This document shows positions 1 through 10,733 of a stretch of DNA of 64,000 bases, piece by piece (position 1 is the first letter of the stretch; each line of letters begins with the position of its first letter). The position numbers were made by a program, and so were the translations under genes. The stretch is from assembly GCA_028287105.1 (NCBI GenBank), contig JAQBQH010000289.1:4544-68543 (forward strand), in the 5' to 3' direction. The notes beneath the pieces were generated by a model. That model was not told the DNA's origin, did not search any database, and saw only the letters and a program-made list of their open reading frames with translations. The DNA is from Myxococcales bacterium (GTDB lineage Bacteria > Myxococcota_A > Polyangia > Palsa-1104).

Positions 1-1199
1 AGCCGGAGAAGCTGGCGTCGCATACGCTGGGGCCGCGCGGCACCTTGCTCGTCGTGTGCGACGGCATGGGCGGCGCCGCGGCCGGCGAGGTCGCTTCGGG
101 CATGGCCATCGACGCCCTGGCAGTGACCATGCTCGACGGCACCGAGGCGCTGGCGCCCGACGGCGTCGTCGACGACGAGAAGACCCATCTGGCGCGCAAG
201 CTGCGCGCGGCGGCCCGCGAAGCCAACGGCCAGATCTTCCGCGAGGCGCGCGAGAACCTCACGCGCAGCGGCATGGGCACCACCATGACCGCGGCGCACC
301 TGTGGGGCGGCGCTGCGCTCATCGCGCAGGTCGGCGACTCGCGCGCGTACGTCTGGCGGCAAGGTGCCTTCACGCAGGTGACGCGCGATCAGTCGCTCGT
401 CAATCAGCTCCTCGAGACGGGGCAGATCACCGTCGAGCAGGCCAAGTTCTTCGAGCACTCCAACGTCATCCTGCAGGCGCTCGGCGTGCAGGAGGAGGTC
501 GAGGTGCAGCTCTCGAAGGTCGAGCTCTGCAAGGGCGACCGCATGATGATGTGCTCGGACGGCCTGGTCGGCGTCGTCAGCGACGAGGAGATCGCCGCGG
601 TGGTGGGATCGATCGACGATCCGTCGGAAGCGGCGCGCATCCTCATCGAGATGGCCAACGGCGCCGGCGGGCCCGACAACATCACCGTCATCGTCGTTCA
701 CGTCGACGGTCCCGGGCTGCCGGCGGCGAGCGAGGCCGACGTCATCACCTTCGCGCACTGGCGCATCGATCCCGATCTGCCGGTCGAGCGCGAGACCGGC
801 AGCGAGAGCTACGACAACTTCGCGCCGCCATCGCAGCAGCCGACGACCGAGCATCGCGTCGTGCCGCCGCCGGTCTCGCCGCGGCGGCCGACGATGGAGC
901 TCATGTCGATGGCGGTGGTCATCGGGCTCATCCTCGGCAGCATCGTCACCGGCGCGGCGCTCTATCGGCACGGCGTCAAGTGCCAGGTGCAGGCGCGCAC
1001 CGCCGGGCTCACCGTGCTCACCGACGGGCACGACTCGGGCGCGCGTACCGCCGACGGCACCGTCGAGCTCAGGCTGTCGCCGGGCCGCCACACGCTGGCG
1101 CTGCGCGCGGCCGGCGCCGGGCCCTTCGGCGACCGCGAGCTGCAAGTCGAGCCGGGGCAGGCGTGCGAGGTGAGCTTCACGGAGCCGTCCTCGCGGTGA
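1..1199 (+). CDS. PP2C-family Ser/Thr protein phosphatase with C-terminal TM and PEGA-like domain (5' truncated)
   Basis: Motifs VCDGMGG, GMGTT, QVGDSRAY, CSDGL, GGPDNITV. Frame is open to the window start. Hydrophobic segment near the C-terminus. Confidence 0.93.
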   Translation, partial: PEKLASHTLGPRGTLLVVCDGMGGAAAGEVASGMAIDALAVTMLDGTEALAPDGVVDDEKTHLARKLRAAAREANGQIFREARENLTRSGMGTTMTAAHLWGGAALIAQVGDSRAYVWRQGAFTQVTRDQSLVNQLLETGQITVEQAKFFEHSNVILQALGVQEEVEVQLSKVELCKGDRMMMCSDGLVGVVSDEEIAAVVGSIDDPSEAARILIEMANGAGGPDNITVIVVHVDGPGLPAASEADVITFAHWRIDPDLPVERETGSESYDNFAPPSQQPTTEHRVVPPPVSPRRPTMELMSMAVVIGLILGSIVTGAALYRHGVKCQVQARTAGLTVLTDGHDSGARTADGTVELRLSPGRHTLALRAAGAGPFGDRELQVEPGQACEVSFTEPSSR

Positions 1200-2547
1200 A
1201 GCTGCACATCGACATCGTCGGTGGCGCGCGCGCCGGCCAGCGGGTCACGCTCGATGCTGTCGACAGGCCGATCCGCTTCGGCAGGCATCCCGACAACGAC
1301 GTCGCCTTCGACGCCGAGCGCGATCGCGACGCCTCCGGCCGGCACGCCGAGCTGCGCATCGACGGTGGCCAGCTGTGGCTGTACGACCTCGGCTCGGCCA
1401 ACGGCACGCGCATGAACGGCAAGACGGTCTCGAAGGTGGCGGTGCCGCCCGGCTCCGAGATCGAGTTCGGCAACAACGGACCAAAGGTGCGCGTCAGCTA
1501 CGAGGGCGCGGGCCCGCTCATCCCGGCGACGATCGTGAATCCCAACGCGCCGCCGCCGCGGCCCGGCACGCTCGCGGCCGGCGGCAAGGTCGGCTCGCGC
1601 ACGGTCGCGCTCATGATCGAGCAGGCGCTGGCGCGCGCCCGTCGCGAGCCCGAGCGCTTGCGGCTGCTCGTGGTGGCGCTGGCCGGGCTGCTCGTGTTCA
1701 CCGTCGCCGGTGTGGTGGTCGCGTACCGGCTGCGACCGCCGTCGGACGTGGCGCTCCGGCGCGAGATGGTCAAGGTCATGGAGCAGCAGCGCGCGGCGTC
1801 CGATGGACAGCGCGCCGAGCTGCAGAAGCGTCTCGACGAGCTGACCGGCAAGCTGTCCCACGCAGGCGGCAAGCATGGCGGCGCCGAGATCGCGCGCGCC
1901 AATCGCGCCGCCATCTGGCTCGTTGCCGTGCATTCTCCATCCGGGCAGGAGGAGGGCTTCTGCTCAGCCTTCGCCGTCGCCGACGATCGCCTGCTGACCA
2001 ACGCGCACTGCGTCGCCGCCGCCGAAGATCTGCGCAAACGCGGCGGACAGATCGTCGTCGTGCAGAACGGCGACGCCAAGGTGCGGCGCACCGTCGAACG
2101 CATGCGGCGGGTGCGCGGCTTCATCCCCGGCGGCGGCGTCATCTCGCCCGACGTCGGCTGGCTCAAGGTCGACGGCAAGCTGCCGGCCAGGGTAGCGCTG
2201 GCCGCCGCCGTTGAGTATCAGGCGCTCGGCTCGGGGGATCCGATGTTCACCTACGGCTTTCCCGGCCGGCTCGCCGACGTGAACGCGCCCGAGGCCACCT
2301 TCGTCGAAGGCGTGGTCGGACGCATCACCTCGCTCGACGGACGCGCCGGGGACCCGAAGGAGCTGCGACTCATCCAGCACTCGGCGTTCACCTCGGGCGG
2401 CACCTCGGGCAGCCCCATCTTCAACACCGCCGGACACGTCGTGGCGGTCAACACCGGCGGATACGTCGACAAGTCGCGCGCGCTCGCCGGCTACAACTTC
2501 GGGATGCGCATCGATCTGGCGGAAGAGCTCCTCAGCGAGGCTGACGA

Positions 2548-2551
<4 letters not shown>
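1196..2551 (+). CDS. FHA domain + TM + trypsin-like (S1) serine protease
   Basis: GTG overlaps the upstream TGA. FHA motifs FGRHPDND, ASGRHA, DLGSANGT. TM LLVVALAGLLVFTVAGVVV. Protease motifs TNAHC, PDVGW, GGTSGSP. Confidence 0.88.
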
Positions 2552-4002
<1,451 letters not shown>

Positions 4003-4042
4003 CGCGGCGCGAGACCGCGCGAGCGCGGCGCGGTCAGCCGCG

Positions 4043-4678
4043 TCAGTGCACGGCCGACTTGCCGGCCGCGGCGCCCCACACCTGCTCCAGTCGCCGATCC
4101 CTGCCGCAGCCCGACCGATAGCTGTAATAGCGCCCCGGGCTCTTCTTGTAGAAGTCCTGGTGGTACTCCTCGGCGGCGTAGAACGGCGTGGCCGCGACGA
4201 TCTCCACCGCCACCTTCTGCTTGAGCTGCGCCTCGACCGCGCGCTTCGACTCTTCGGCCGCCTTCTTCTGCGTCTCGTCGAGAAAGAAGATCGCGGGGCG
4301 GTACTGATTGCCGCGATCGCAGAACTGTCCGCCGCCCGAGAACGGATCGACGTTGTGCCAGAAGATCTCGAGGAGCTTGGCGTAGCTCGTCTTTTGCGGG
4401 TCGTAGACCACGCGCACCGACTCGGCGTGGCCGGTGCTGCCGCCGGACACCTCCTCGTAGGTCGGGTCCTTCTTGGGGCCGCCGTCGTAGCCGGAGATGG
4501 CCGCCTTGACGCCCGGCTGCCCCTCGAACGCGGTCTCCATGCACCAGAAGCAGCCGCCGGCGAAGATCGCCTCGCCGCGCTCCGCCGCCTGCGCCACCGA
4601 CGGTGCGGCGCCCGCGACCAGCGACCCCGCGACGACCGAGCCCGCGACGAGCGCCGCCAACCTCAGCGTCGTTCTCAT
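4043..4678 (-). CDS. msrA: Peptide-methionine (S)-S-oxide reductase with signal peptide
   Basis: FAGGCFWC, GHAE, GQFCDRG.QY, AEEYHQDFY. ATG overlaps the msrB stop. Confidence 0.95.
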   Translation of the reverse strand: MRTTLRLAALVAGSVVAGSLVAGAAPSVAQAAERGEAIFAGGCFWCMETAFEGQPGVKAAISGYDGGPKKDPTYEEVSGGSTGHAESVRVVYDPQKTSYAKLLEIFWHNVDPFSGGGQFCDRGNQYRPAIFFLDETQKKAAEESKRAVEAQLKQKVAVEIVAATPFYAAEEYHQDFYKKSPGRYYSYRSGCGRDRRLEQVWGAAAGKSAVH

Positions 4679-5163
4679 TTCACCAGCTCCTGCTTGAGCG
4701 ACACGCCGTTGATGCAGTAGCGCAGCCCCGTCGGCGCCGGGCCGTCCTCGAAGACGTGGCCCAGGTGTCCGCCGCAGCGCGGGCAGTGCACCTCGACCCG
4801 CGCCATGCCGAATTTCTCGTCGCGCGTCGTCGCCACCGCGTCGGCGGCGATCGGTCGGGTGAAGCTCGGCCAACCGGTCCCCGAGTCGAACTTGTCCTCC
4901 GACTTGAAGACCGGCAGGTTGCACGCCGCGCAGTGATAGACCGCGTGACGATGGTCGTTCCCATAGGGCCCCGAGAAGGCGGCTTCGGTGGCCTGGTGGC
5001 GGAGCACGTCGTACGCGAGCGGCGGCAATTGCTTCTTCCACTCGGCGTCGGTCTTGACGACCTTGTCGGCGCGCGTCGGCTTGGCCGCTTCCTCGGCGTT
5101 GGCATGTGCGCCGCTGCAGCCGGCGAGCCCGAGAAATGCCCAGAACAGGTGTCGCGGTTTCAT
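4675..5163 (-). CDS. msrB: Peptide-methionine (R)-S-oxide reductase, lipoprotein-like signal
   Basis: KFDSGTGWPSF, CGGHLGHVFEDGP, RYCING; LAGC lipobox. Confidence 0.95.
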   Translation of the reverse strand: MKPRHLFWAFLGLAGCSGAHANAEEAAKPTRADKVVKTDAEWKKQLPPLAYDVLRHQATEAAFSGPYGNDHRHAVYHCAACNLPVFKSEDKFDSGTGWPSFTRPIAADAVATTRDEKFGMARVEVHCPRCGGHLGHVFEDGPAPTGLRYCINGVSLKQELVK

Positions 5164-5205
5164 GTGTCCTCCGCAGAACAGTACGACGGTGGACCCGGAT
5201 CGGTT

Positions 5206-6912
5206 TCACAGCGTCGACAAGATGCCTTTGACGTCCTCGATGTCCTTGAGATACGGGGGCGAGAGCTCGAGGAAGCGCTGGTATTGCCTGCGCGCGCCGT
5301 CGCGGTCGCCGCGGTCGCGCAAGAGATCGCCGATGAGACGGTGCGGCTCGGGCAGCTTGTCTTCGAGCCCCTCGGCGCGGCGCGCCTCCTCGAGGGCGCG
5401 ATCGGGATCGCGCTTGCGCAGCCGCTCGGCCGCGCGCAGCTCCGCGTGCGCGAGCGTGTAGCTGCGGAGCTCGTCCGACTGCGCGATCGGGTCCTCGGGC
5501 AGATCGGCCGGCTGCGCGCGCTGCACGTCGCCGAGCAGCTCCTTGTGCAGGTCGTAGCCGACGTACTTGCCGATGAGGTGCGGTCCGGTGCCGACCCAGA
5601 TCGTGAGCGCCGTCGCGTCGACGACGACCGAGTGCGTGGCGATGATCGCGTCGAGCGTGTTGCGGTTGCCGAGGCCCAGCTCGACGTTGCCGGTGCCGCG
5701 CTTGTCGCGCAGGATCTCGAGCGCGCGCCGCGGATCGATCTGCCCGCGGGCGTGCTTGACCAACTCCTCGAGGCGCTTGTAGCGCGCGCCCGAGGTCATG
5801 TACCGCTTCAAGCGATCGTTCTCGGCGTCGGCGGCGAAGCTCTGCGCGAGCGCGTGATTGGTGAGCAGGATGGTGCCGTCGGCGCGGTTGACGCGGCGGA
5901 CCTCGGTGCGACGCGGAGTGCGCTCGATGACCGCCGACTCGCCGGTCTTGCCGTCGCCGACGAGGTAGAAGTCCGGCACCATGACCGGGGTCTTTTTCAC
6001 CAGCGCGACCACGTCGTCGACGCTCTTGGCCTGCTCCATGATCTCGCGGACCAGGATCTCGACGGGCATGCCTTCGCCGCCCTTGTCGTCGGAGCGCGCG
6101 GCGTTGACGCTGACGTAGATCCCCTCGGCGTTGAGCCCGGTGATGACGCCCGACATGCCGAGCCAGGCCACCGACGCGAACGGAATTTTGCCGCGCGGCT
6201 TGAAGAAGAGGATCGCTTTTTCGCGATCGAAGATCTCCGGCCCTTCGAAGTCGAAGTTGCGGCCGATGACGAGGTGGCCGTTGCTCGAGGCCGGACCGGA
6301 CGCGGCGAACGCGCTGCAGCCGAGCAGCGGAGAGTGCTCGAGCCCCTGCGTGATGTCGTGGAGCGCGTGATAGAAGACGAGCCGGTGGTAGATCGGCAGA
6401 AAATCGCCGTGTAGATCGTCGACCCCGCGCGCCAGGCCCGCGATTTCCTCGGCGCGACCGGGCGGCAGCAGATCCCCGACGTGGCGGTACTGCATGCGCA
6501 CGCCGCCGCGGATCAGCCAGAGGGCAATTTTGGACGGCACGTAGCGCGCCATCTCGCCGAACATGTAGTCCTCGGCCTCGAGGAAGAGCCGATTTCCGAG
6601 CCGCCCCTGGGCCCAGCCGAGGGCGTAGGGCTCGCCGTTCAGGTGCGCCTCCCAGATGCCGCGCTCCCGTCCGAGCCAGCTCGACCCGACGTAGGCCCGG
6701 CCCCCTTTGACCTCCAGTGGCAGCTCGGCGGCGGCCCGCGTGGCCGGCTCGATCGCGGGCGGCTCGACCCGAGTCATCCGTAAAAAGATGAGGTAGCCCA
6801 CGAACACACAGAAGAGAACGATGGGCGCGACGATGGCGATCCGGCGGCCCCAGCGACGGCCGGCGGTGCGCGGCTTCGACCCGAGGAAGAGGGCCTCTGA
6901 CTTCGGCATCAT
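5206..6912 (-). CDS. C45-family Ntn hydrolase/acyltransferase with N-terminal TM anchor and C-terminal TPR-like helices
   Basis: GCSAF (nucleophilic Cys), GRNFDF, TGLNAEG, LTNH. Confidence 0.8.
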   Translation of the reverse strand: MMPKSEALFLGSKPRTAGRRWGRRIAIVAPIVLFCVFVGYLIFLRMTRVEPPAIEPATRAAAELPLEVKGGRAYVGSSWLGRERGIWEAHLNGEPYALGWAQGRLGNRLFLEAEDYMFGEMARYVPSKIALWLIRGGVRMQYRHVGDLLPPGRAEEIAGLARGVDDLHGDFLPIYHRLVFYHALHDITQGLEHSPLLGCSAFAASGPASSNGHLVIGRNFDFEGPEIFDREKAILFFKPRGKIPFASVAWLGMSGVITGLNAEGIYVSVNAARSDDKGGEGMPVEILVREIMEQAKSVDDVVALVKKTPVMVPDFYLVGDGKTGESAVIERTPRRTEVRRVNRADGTILLTNHALAQSFAADAENDRLKRYMTSGARYKRLEELVKHARGQIDPRRALEILRDKRGTGNVELGLGNRNTLDAIIATHSVVVDATALTIWVGTGPHLIGKYVGYDLHKELLGDVQRAQPADLPEDPIAQSDELRSYTLAHAELRAAERLRKRDPDRALEEARRAEGLEDKLPEPHRLIGDLLRDRGDRDGARRQYQRFLELSPPYLKDIEDVKGILSTL

Positions 6913-7016
6913 TGTTGCCCTGCCTGGTCGTTCATCGGCGACGGAAATCTAGCACGAGTTTGGCGCGTTGACCGCCACGTCGCGCCCTTGGTATTCTGTA
7001 TTTTCAGCGGCATTCG

Positions 7017-7586
7017 ATGGTCGCGTTCAGCCTCTTCGAAGCGGCACCGCACGTCCCAGCTGGTTCGAGCGCCCTGGTGTGGTTGGGGGTTGCTCTGGTC
7101 GCGCTGGCTGCGTCCGCAGCAGCGGTTTTTTGGTGGCTCAGGGCCGGCGCGACGCGCGTCGGCGCGGCCGAGCGCGCCGCCATGGGCGCGCTGCCGATGG
7201 CGTGCCCGGCGTGCCGGCGCAGCTATCCGTCGGGCACGGTCTACTGTCCGGTCGACGCCTGTCGTCTCGTCGCCACCGGCGAGGGCGCCTCGGCCGAGCG
7301 CGGATCGCCGGGCGGCAAGTGTCCGCGCTGTCGCCGCGTCTACGACGCCGGCACGCGCTTTTGCGCGGTCGACGCCGACGAGCTGGTGCCGCTGCCGCTG
7401 TGGCAGGCTTCGCACGCCGAGGCGAGCGCGCACGCCGAGGGAGAAGAGGCCGCCGGGCGCGTCTCGTCGACGGGCGCCGTGCACTTTCACGGCGAAGGAA
7501 AGATCTGCCCCGTGTGCGCGGCCAAGTACGATCTGGAAGCGACCTTCTGCGGCCGCGACGGCTCCGAGCTGGTCACCGTCAACTGA
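7017..7586 (+). CDS. Membrane-anchored protein with three zinc-ribbon repeats
   Basis: TM followed by 3x CPxC-x3-Y-x5/6-(F/Y)CxxD. Confidence 0.75.
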   Translation: MVAFSLFEAAPHVPAGSSALVWLGVALVALAASAAAVFWWLRAGATRVGAAERAAMGALPMACPACRRSYPSGTVYCPVDACRLVATGEGASAERGSPGGKCPRCRRVYDAGTRFCAVDADELVPLPLWQASHAEASAHAEGEEAAGRVSSTGAVHFHGEGKICPVCAAKYDLEATFCGRDGSELVTVN

Positions 7587-7590
7587 CGGG

Positions 7591-8133
7591 CTAGCCGAGG
7601 CGTCTCTTGGTCCGGCGGGCGTGTAGATCGGCGACCGCCTCTTCGTCGACGGTGCGCGCGGCCCGCGGCCAGCGCGCCGCGTACTGGTTGCGCACGTGGT
7701 GGCCGACCTCATGGGCCAGCACCTCGTCGCGCAGCCAGGCGGCGAGCGAGGCGCTGCTCGACCAATGGATCGACACGCCCGGGCGATGGCGCAGGACGGT
7801 GGCGCCGGCGGCGCGCAGGCTGCGCGCGATGTCGGGGAGGATCGATCCCATCCACCACTCGTCGGGGGGCAGCGAGTAGAGGATGATGACGCGGTCTTCG
7901 CGGCGATAGATCGCGAAGGGCTCGCCCACGCCGTCGACGCGGGCGCGCAGCTCGACGGCGGCGAGGCCGTGGATCTGCTCCGGTGGCAGCGCGCGGAGGA
8001 ACGCGCGCACGGCGCCCGTCGCGAGCGGATGAACGTCGCCGCGACGCGGCTTGCGCACGACGATGCGCGGCAGCTTGGGCGTAGCGCGTCGGGCGCGAAT
8101 CGCCGGCTTGTCGGTGCGGCGGCTGCGCGTCAT
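7591..8133 (-). CDS. Hypothetical zincin-like metalloprotein
   Basis: AHEVGHH (HExxH) with downstream EEAVAD. ATG overlaps the upstream TGA. Confidence 0.6.
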   Translation of the reverse strand: MTRSRRTDKPAIRARRATPKLPRIVVRKPRRGDVHPLATGAVRAFLRALPPEQIHGLAAVELRARVDGVGEPFAIYRREDRVIILYSLPPDEWWMGSILPDIARSLRAAGATVLRHRPGVSIHWSSSASLAAWLRDEVLAHEVGHHVRNQYAARWPRAARTVDEEAVADLHARRTKRRLG

Positions 8134-9173
8134 CCCGCGCGTTCGAGGACGAGGGCGACGTTGGCGCCGCCCTGCGCGAAGGACGGCACGAGGACGCGCT
8201 CGGCGCCGCGGCGCTCGAGGAGGAAGACGGCGCAGAGGAGGCGCTGCATGCCCGAGGAGAACGATTCGCCGATCTGCGCGATCGGCGTCACCGATGGCGG
8301 CGTCGCGCCGAGCCCGTCGCTGACGGCGGCGATTTCGCGCGCGTCGTAGCGGGTGCCGTTGGCGCCGGAGACGACGTGGTCGATGTGACGGCCGCCGGCG
8401 GCCTCGCGAACCGCGCGCGCGGCCTCGGGCCACGACGCGGCGCCGCCCCAGCCGACGCGCGGACGGTCGTCGCTGCTCTCGCCGCGGCCGTTGACCCACG
8501 CGCGGATGTTGGCGCCACGCTTCCGCGCGTCCGCTTCGCGCTCGACGAGCATCATGGCCGCGCCTTCGCCGGGAACCAGGCCGGCGGCAATGGCGCCGAG
8601 CTTCTGATAGCCGGCCAGCGCCGGCTTACTGAGCTCGTCGACGGCACCGACGACGAGCGCGTCGGCGCGACCGAGCTCCAGGAGATCGCAGGCCATGGCG
8701 AGCGCCGACAGCGGCGAGGCGTCGCGATGATTCACCGTCGAGTTGACGCCGCGCAGCTTGCACTCGAGCGCCAGTTGCCCGGCGGCGGCGTTCATCACCG
8801 ACGAGGGAAAGAGCAGCGGCGAGGCCGCTTCGGGGCCGCCGTCGAGGTAGCCCCTCATGAACGCGATGGTCTCCTCGAGCGTGCCGAGGCCGGTGCCGAG
8901 GACGACGCCGGTGCGCGTGGGATCGTAGGGCGGGGCGCCGGCCAGGAGCGCCTGCTTGCCGGCGACGATGGCCATCTGCGATAGGCGCGGCAGTCGGCGC
9001 AGGCTGCCGGGCGCGATGTGCTGCTTGGCGCCGAACTCGCCGACGCGCGCCGAACGCACGCCGTCCCCGTCGGTGGCAACGGCGCTCGTGCCGGCGTCGA
9101 GCGCGGCGAAGAACGCCTCTTCGCCGACGCCGAGAGGCGAGACGACGCCGAGCGCTGTGACCGCGAATCTCAC
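8130..9173 (-). CDS. Beta-ketoacyl synthase-like protein lacking the catalytic Cys (chain-length-factor-like)
   Basis: AVTALGVVSPLG, TGVVLGTGLG, SPLLFPSSVMNAAAG, PGEGAA. NHRDAS is found where TACAS is expected. Confidence 0.8.
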   Translation of the reverse strand: MRFAVTALGVVSPLGVGEEAFFAALDAGTSAVATDGDGVRSARVGEFGAKQHIAPGSLRRLPRLSQMAIVAGKQALLAGAPPYDPTRTGVVLGTGLGTLEETIAFMRGYLDGGPEAASPLLFPSSVMNAAAGQLALECKLRGVNSTVNHRDASPLSALAMACDLLELGRADALVVGAVDELSKPALAGYQKLGAIAAGLVPGEGAAMMLVEREADARKRGANIRAWVNGRGESSDDRPRVGWGGAASWPEAARAVREAAGGRHIDHVVSGANGTRYDAREIAAVSDGLGATPPSVTPIAQIGESFSSGMQRLLCAVFLLERRGAERVLVPSFAQGGANVALVLERAG

Positions 9174-9191
9174 GCGCGCATGATAGAAGAT

Positions 9192-9539
9192 ATGGCGATG
9201 CGTGCAAGCGCCGCGGCCATCGCGTTCGTCGCCTGCCTCGCGGGCGCCGTCGCCGCCTGGATGTTCAGGCGGCCCGGCGAAGACGCGCAGCTCGTCGCGG
9301 CCGGTGTGGCGGCGCTGTGCATCGGTGGCGCGGCCGCGTCGCTGCTGCGCCGCCGCATCATGGCCGGCGTCGCGGTGCTCACCGCCGGCGTCGGCGTGTG
9401 GGCGGCGACCGGCGGCATCGATCACTGGCTCTTGCCGCGCGCGCCGTTCGTCGTCTGCAGCGCGCTGGTGGTGGCGCTGGTCGCGCTGGCCCTGGCTAGT
9501 GGACCTGCTTCAACGCCGGGAGGAGCTCCTCGGGCGTGA
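9192..9539 (+). CDS. Small multi-pass membrane protein
   Basis: About four hydrophobic segments. Fills the gap between two minus-strand genes. Confidence 0.5.
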   Translation: MAMRASAAAIAFVACLAGAVAAWMFRRPGEDAQLVAAGVAALCIGGAAASLLRRRIMAGVAVLTAGVGVWAATGGIDHWLLPRAPFVVCSALVVALVALALASGPASTPGGAPRA

Positions 9540-10710
9540 CCGCCTTGTTGAAGCGCGTCACGATCTTTCCGTCGGAGTCGAGCAGCACCACCGTCGGTAG
9601 CGTCGAGGCGCCATAGCGATCCTTGGTGGCGTTGACGATGGGATCATCGTCGTTCGAGCAGTCGACCTTGACGAGCTGAAAGCGGCGCAGCTCGTCGGCG
9701 ACCTCGGGCTTGCCGAAGGTTTTGACGTCGAGCTCTTTGCACGGGATACACCAGTCGGCGAAGAAATCGAGCAGCACCGGCTTGTGCGCGCTCCGGGCGG
9801 CCGCGACGCCGACCTTCTCGCCGTAGGTCCAGTCGAGTGGCTTGGCCGTCAGGGTCCAGGCGACGACGCCGAACAGGCCGGCGACGATGAGGACGATGCC
9901 GGTCGCCTTGCGCAGCACCTTGAACGCGCCGTCGTGGAACGAGAGCTGGACGCCGCCGAGGATGACGCCGGCGACCACGAGCGCGAGATTGACCTCGAGG
10001 AATTTCCAGGTGGGGCGCCCGTAGTGGCCCAGGCTGGCGACGATGTTGCGCAGGAAGTAGAGCGCGGCCACGAGCATGACGACGCCGAAGATGCTCTTGA
10101 CCGACTCCATCCAGCGGCCCGACTTCGGCAGCGCCACCGAGAAGCCGGCGATGGCGAAGAAGAGCGGCCCCATGCCGAGCGCGTAGGTGAAGAGGAGCGA
10201 GCCACCGACGGTGACCGAGCGCGTGGTGGCGACGTAGGCCAGCACCGACGCGAGGACGGGACCCGTGCAGGGCGCGGCGATGATGCCGCCCACGAGCCCC
10301 ATGGCGAAGGCGCCGCTGAAGCCCTTGCCGCCGACGGTGGAGAGGCGCGTCTGCAGCGACGTCGGCAGGCTCATCTCGAAGGCGCCGAACATCGAGGCCG
10401 CCATGATGATGAAGAGCGCCACGATGGGCACGATGAACCAGGCGTTGCCCATGAAGGTGCCGAACTGCCGGCCCGCCAGCGCCGCCGAGACCCCGAGCGC
10501 GGTGTACATGACGGCGATGCCGCCCACGTACGACGTCGCCAGGAGGAGCGCCCGACCGCGCGAGACATGCTCGTCGCGCGCGCCGAAGATCGACATGGTG
10601 ATGGGAATCAGGGGATAGACGCACGGGGTGAGGCTCGTCAGGAAACCGCCCAGAAACACGGAGGCGAAAGCCCAAACCCAACCATGCGCGAACAGATTGC
10701 TGCCGGACAT
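9496..10710 (-). CDS. dsbD: DsbD/CcdA-type TM thiol:disulfide electron transporter fused to thioredoxin
   Basis: LTPCVYP, AAPCTGP, PKSGRWM, FADWCIPC. Confidence 0.88.
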   Translation of the reverse strand: MSGSNLFAHGWVWAFASVFLGGFLTSLTPCVYPLIPITMSIFGARDEHVSRGRALLLATSYVGGIAVMYTALGVSAALAGRQFGTFMGNAWFIVPIVALFIIMAASMFGAFEMSLPTSLQTRLSTVGGKGFSGAFAMGLVGGIIAAPCTGPVLASVLAYVATTRSVTVGGSLLFTYALGMGPLFFAIAGFSVALPKSGRWMESVKSIFGVVMLVAALYFLRNIVASLGHYGRPTWKFLEVNLALVVAGVILGGVQLSFHDGAFKVLRKATGIVLIVAGLFGVVAWTLTAKPLDWTYGEKVGVAAARSAHKPVLLDFFADWCIPCKELDVKTFGKPEVADELRRFQLVKVDCSNDDDPIVNATKDRYGASTLPTVVLLDSDGKIVTRFNKAVTPEELLPALKQVH

Positions 10711-10733
10711 CTTCGATGTAGTATAGCAGCCCC

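Noticed and set aside
4043-5209. Apparent 388-aa MsrA extension or MsrB-MsrA fusion
   Set aside because: The upstream part is off-frame to msrB. msrA has its own ATG and signal peptide at 4678 (ATGA overlap).
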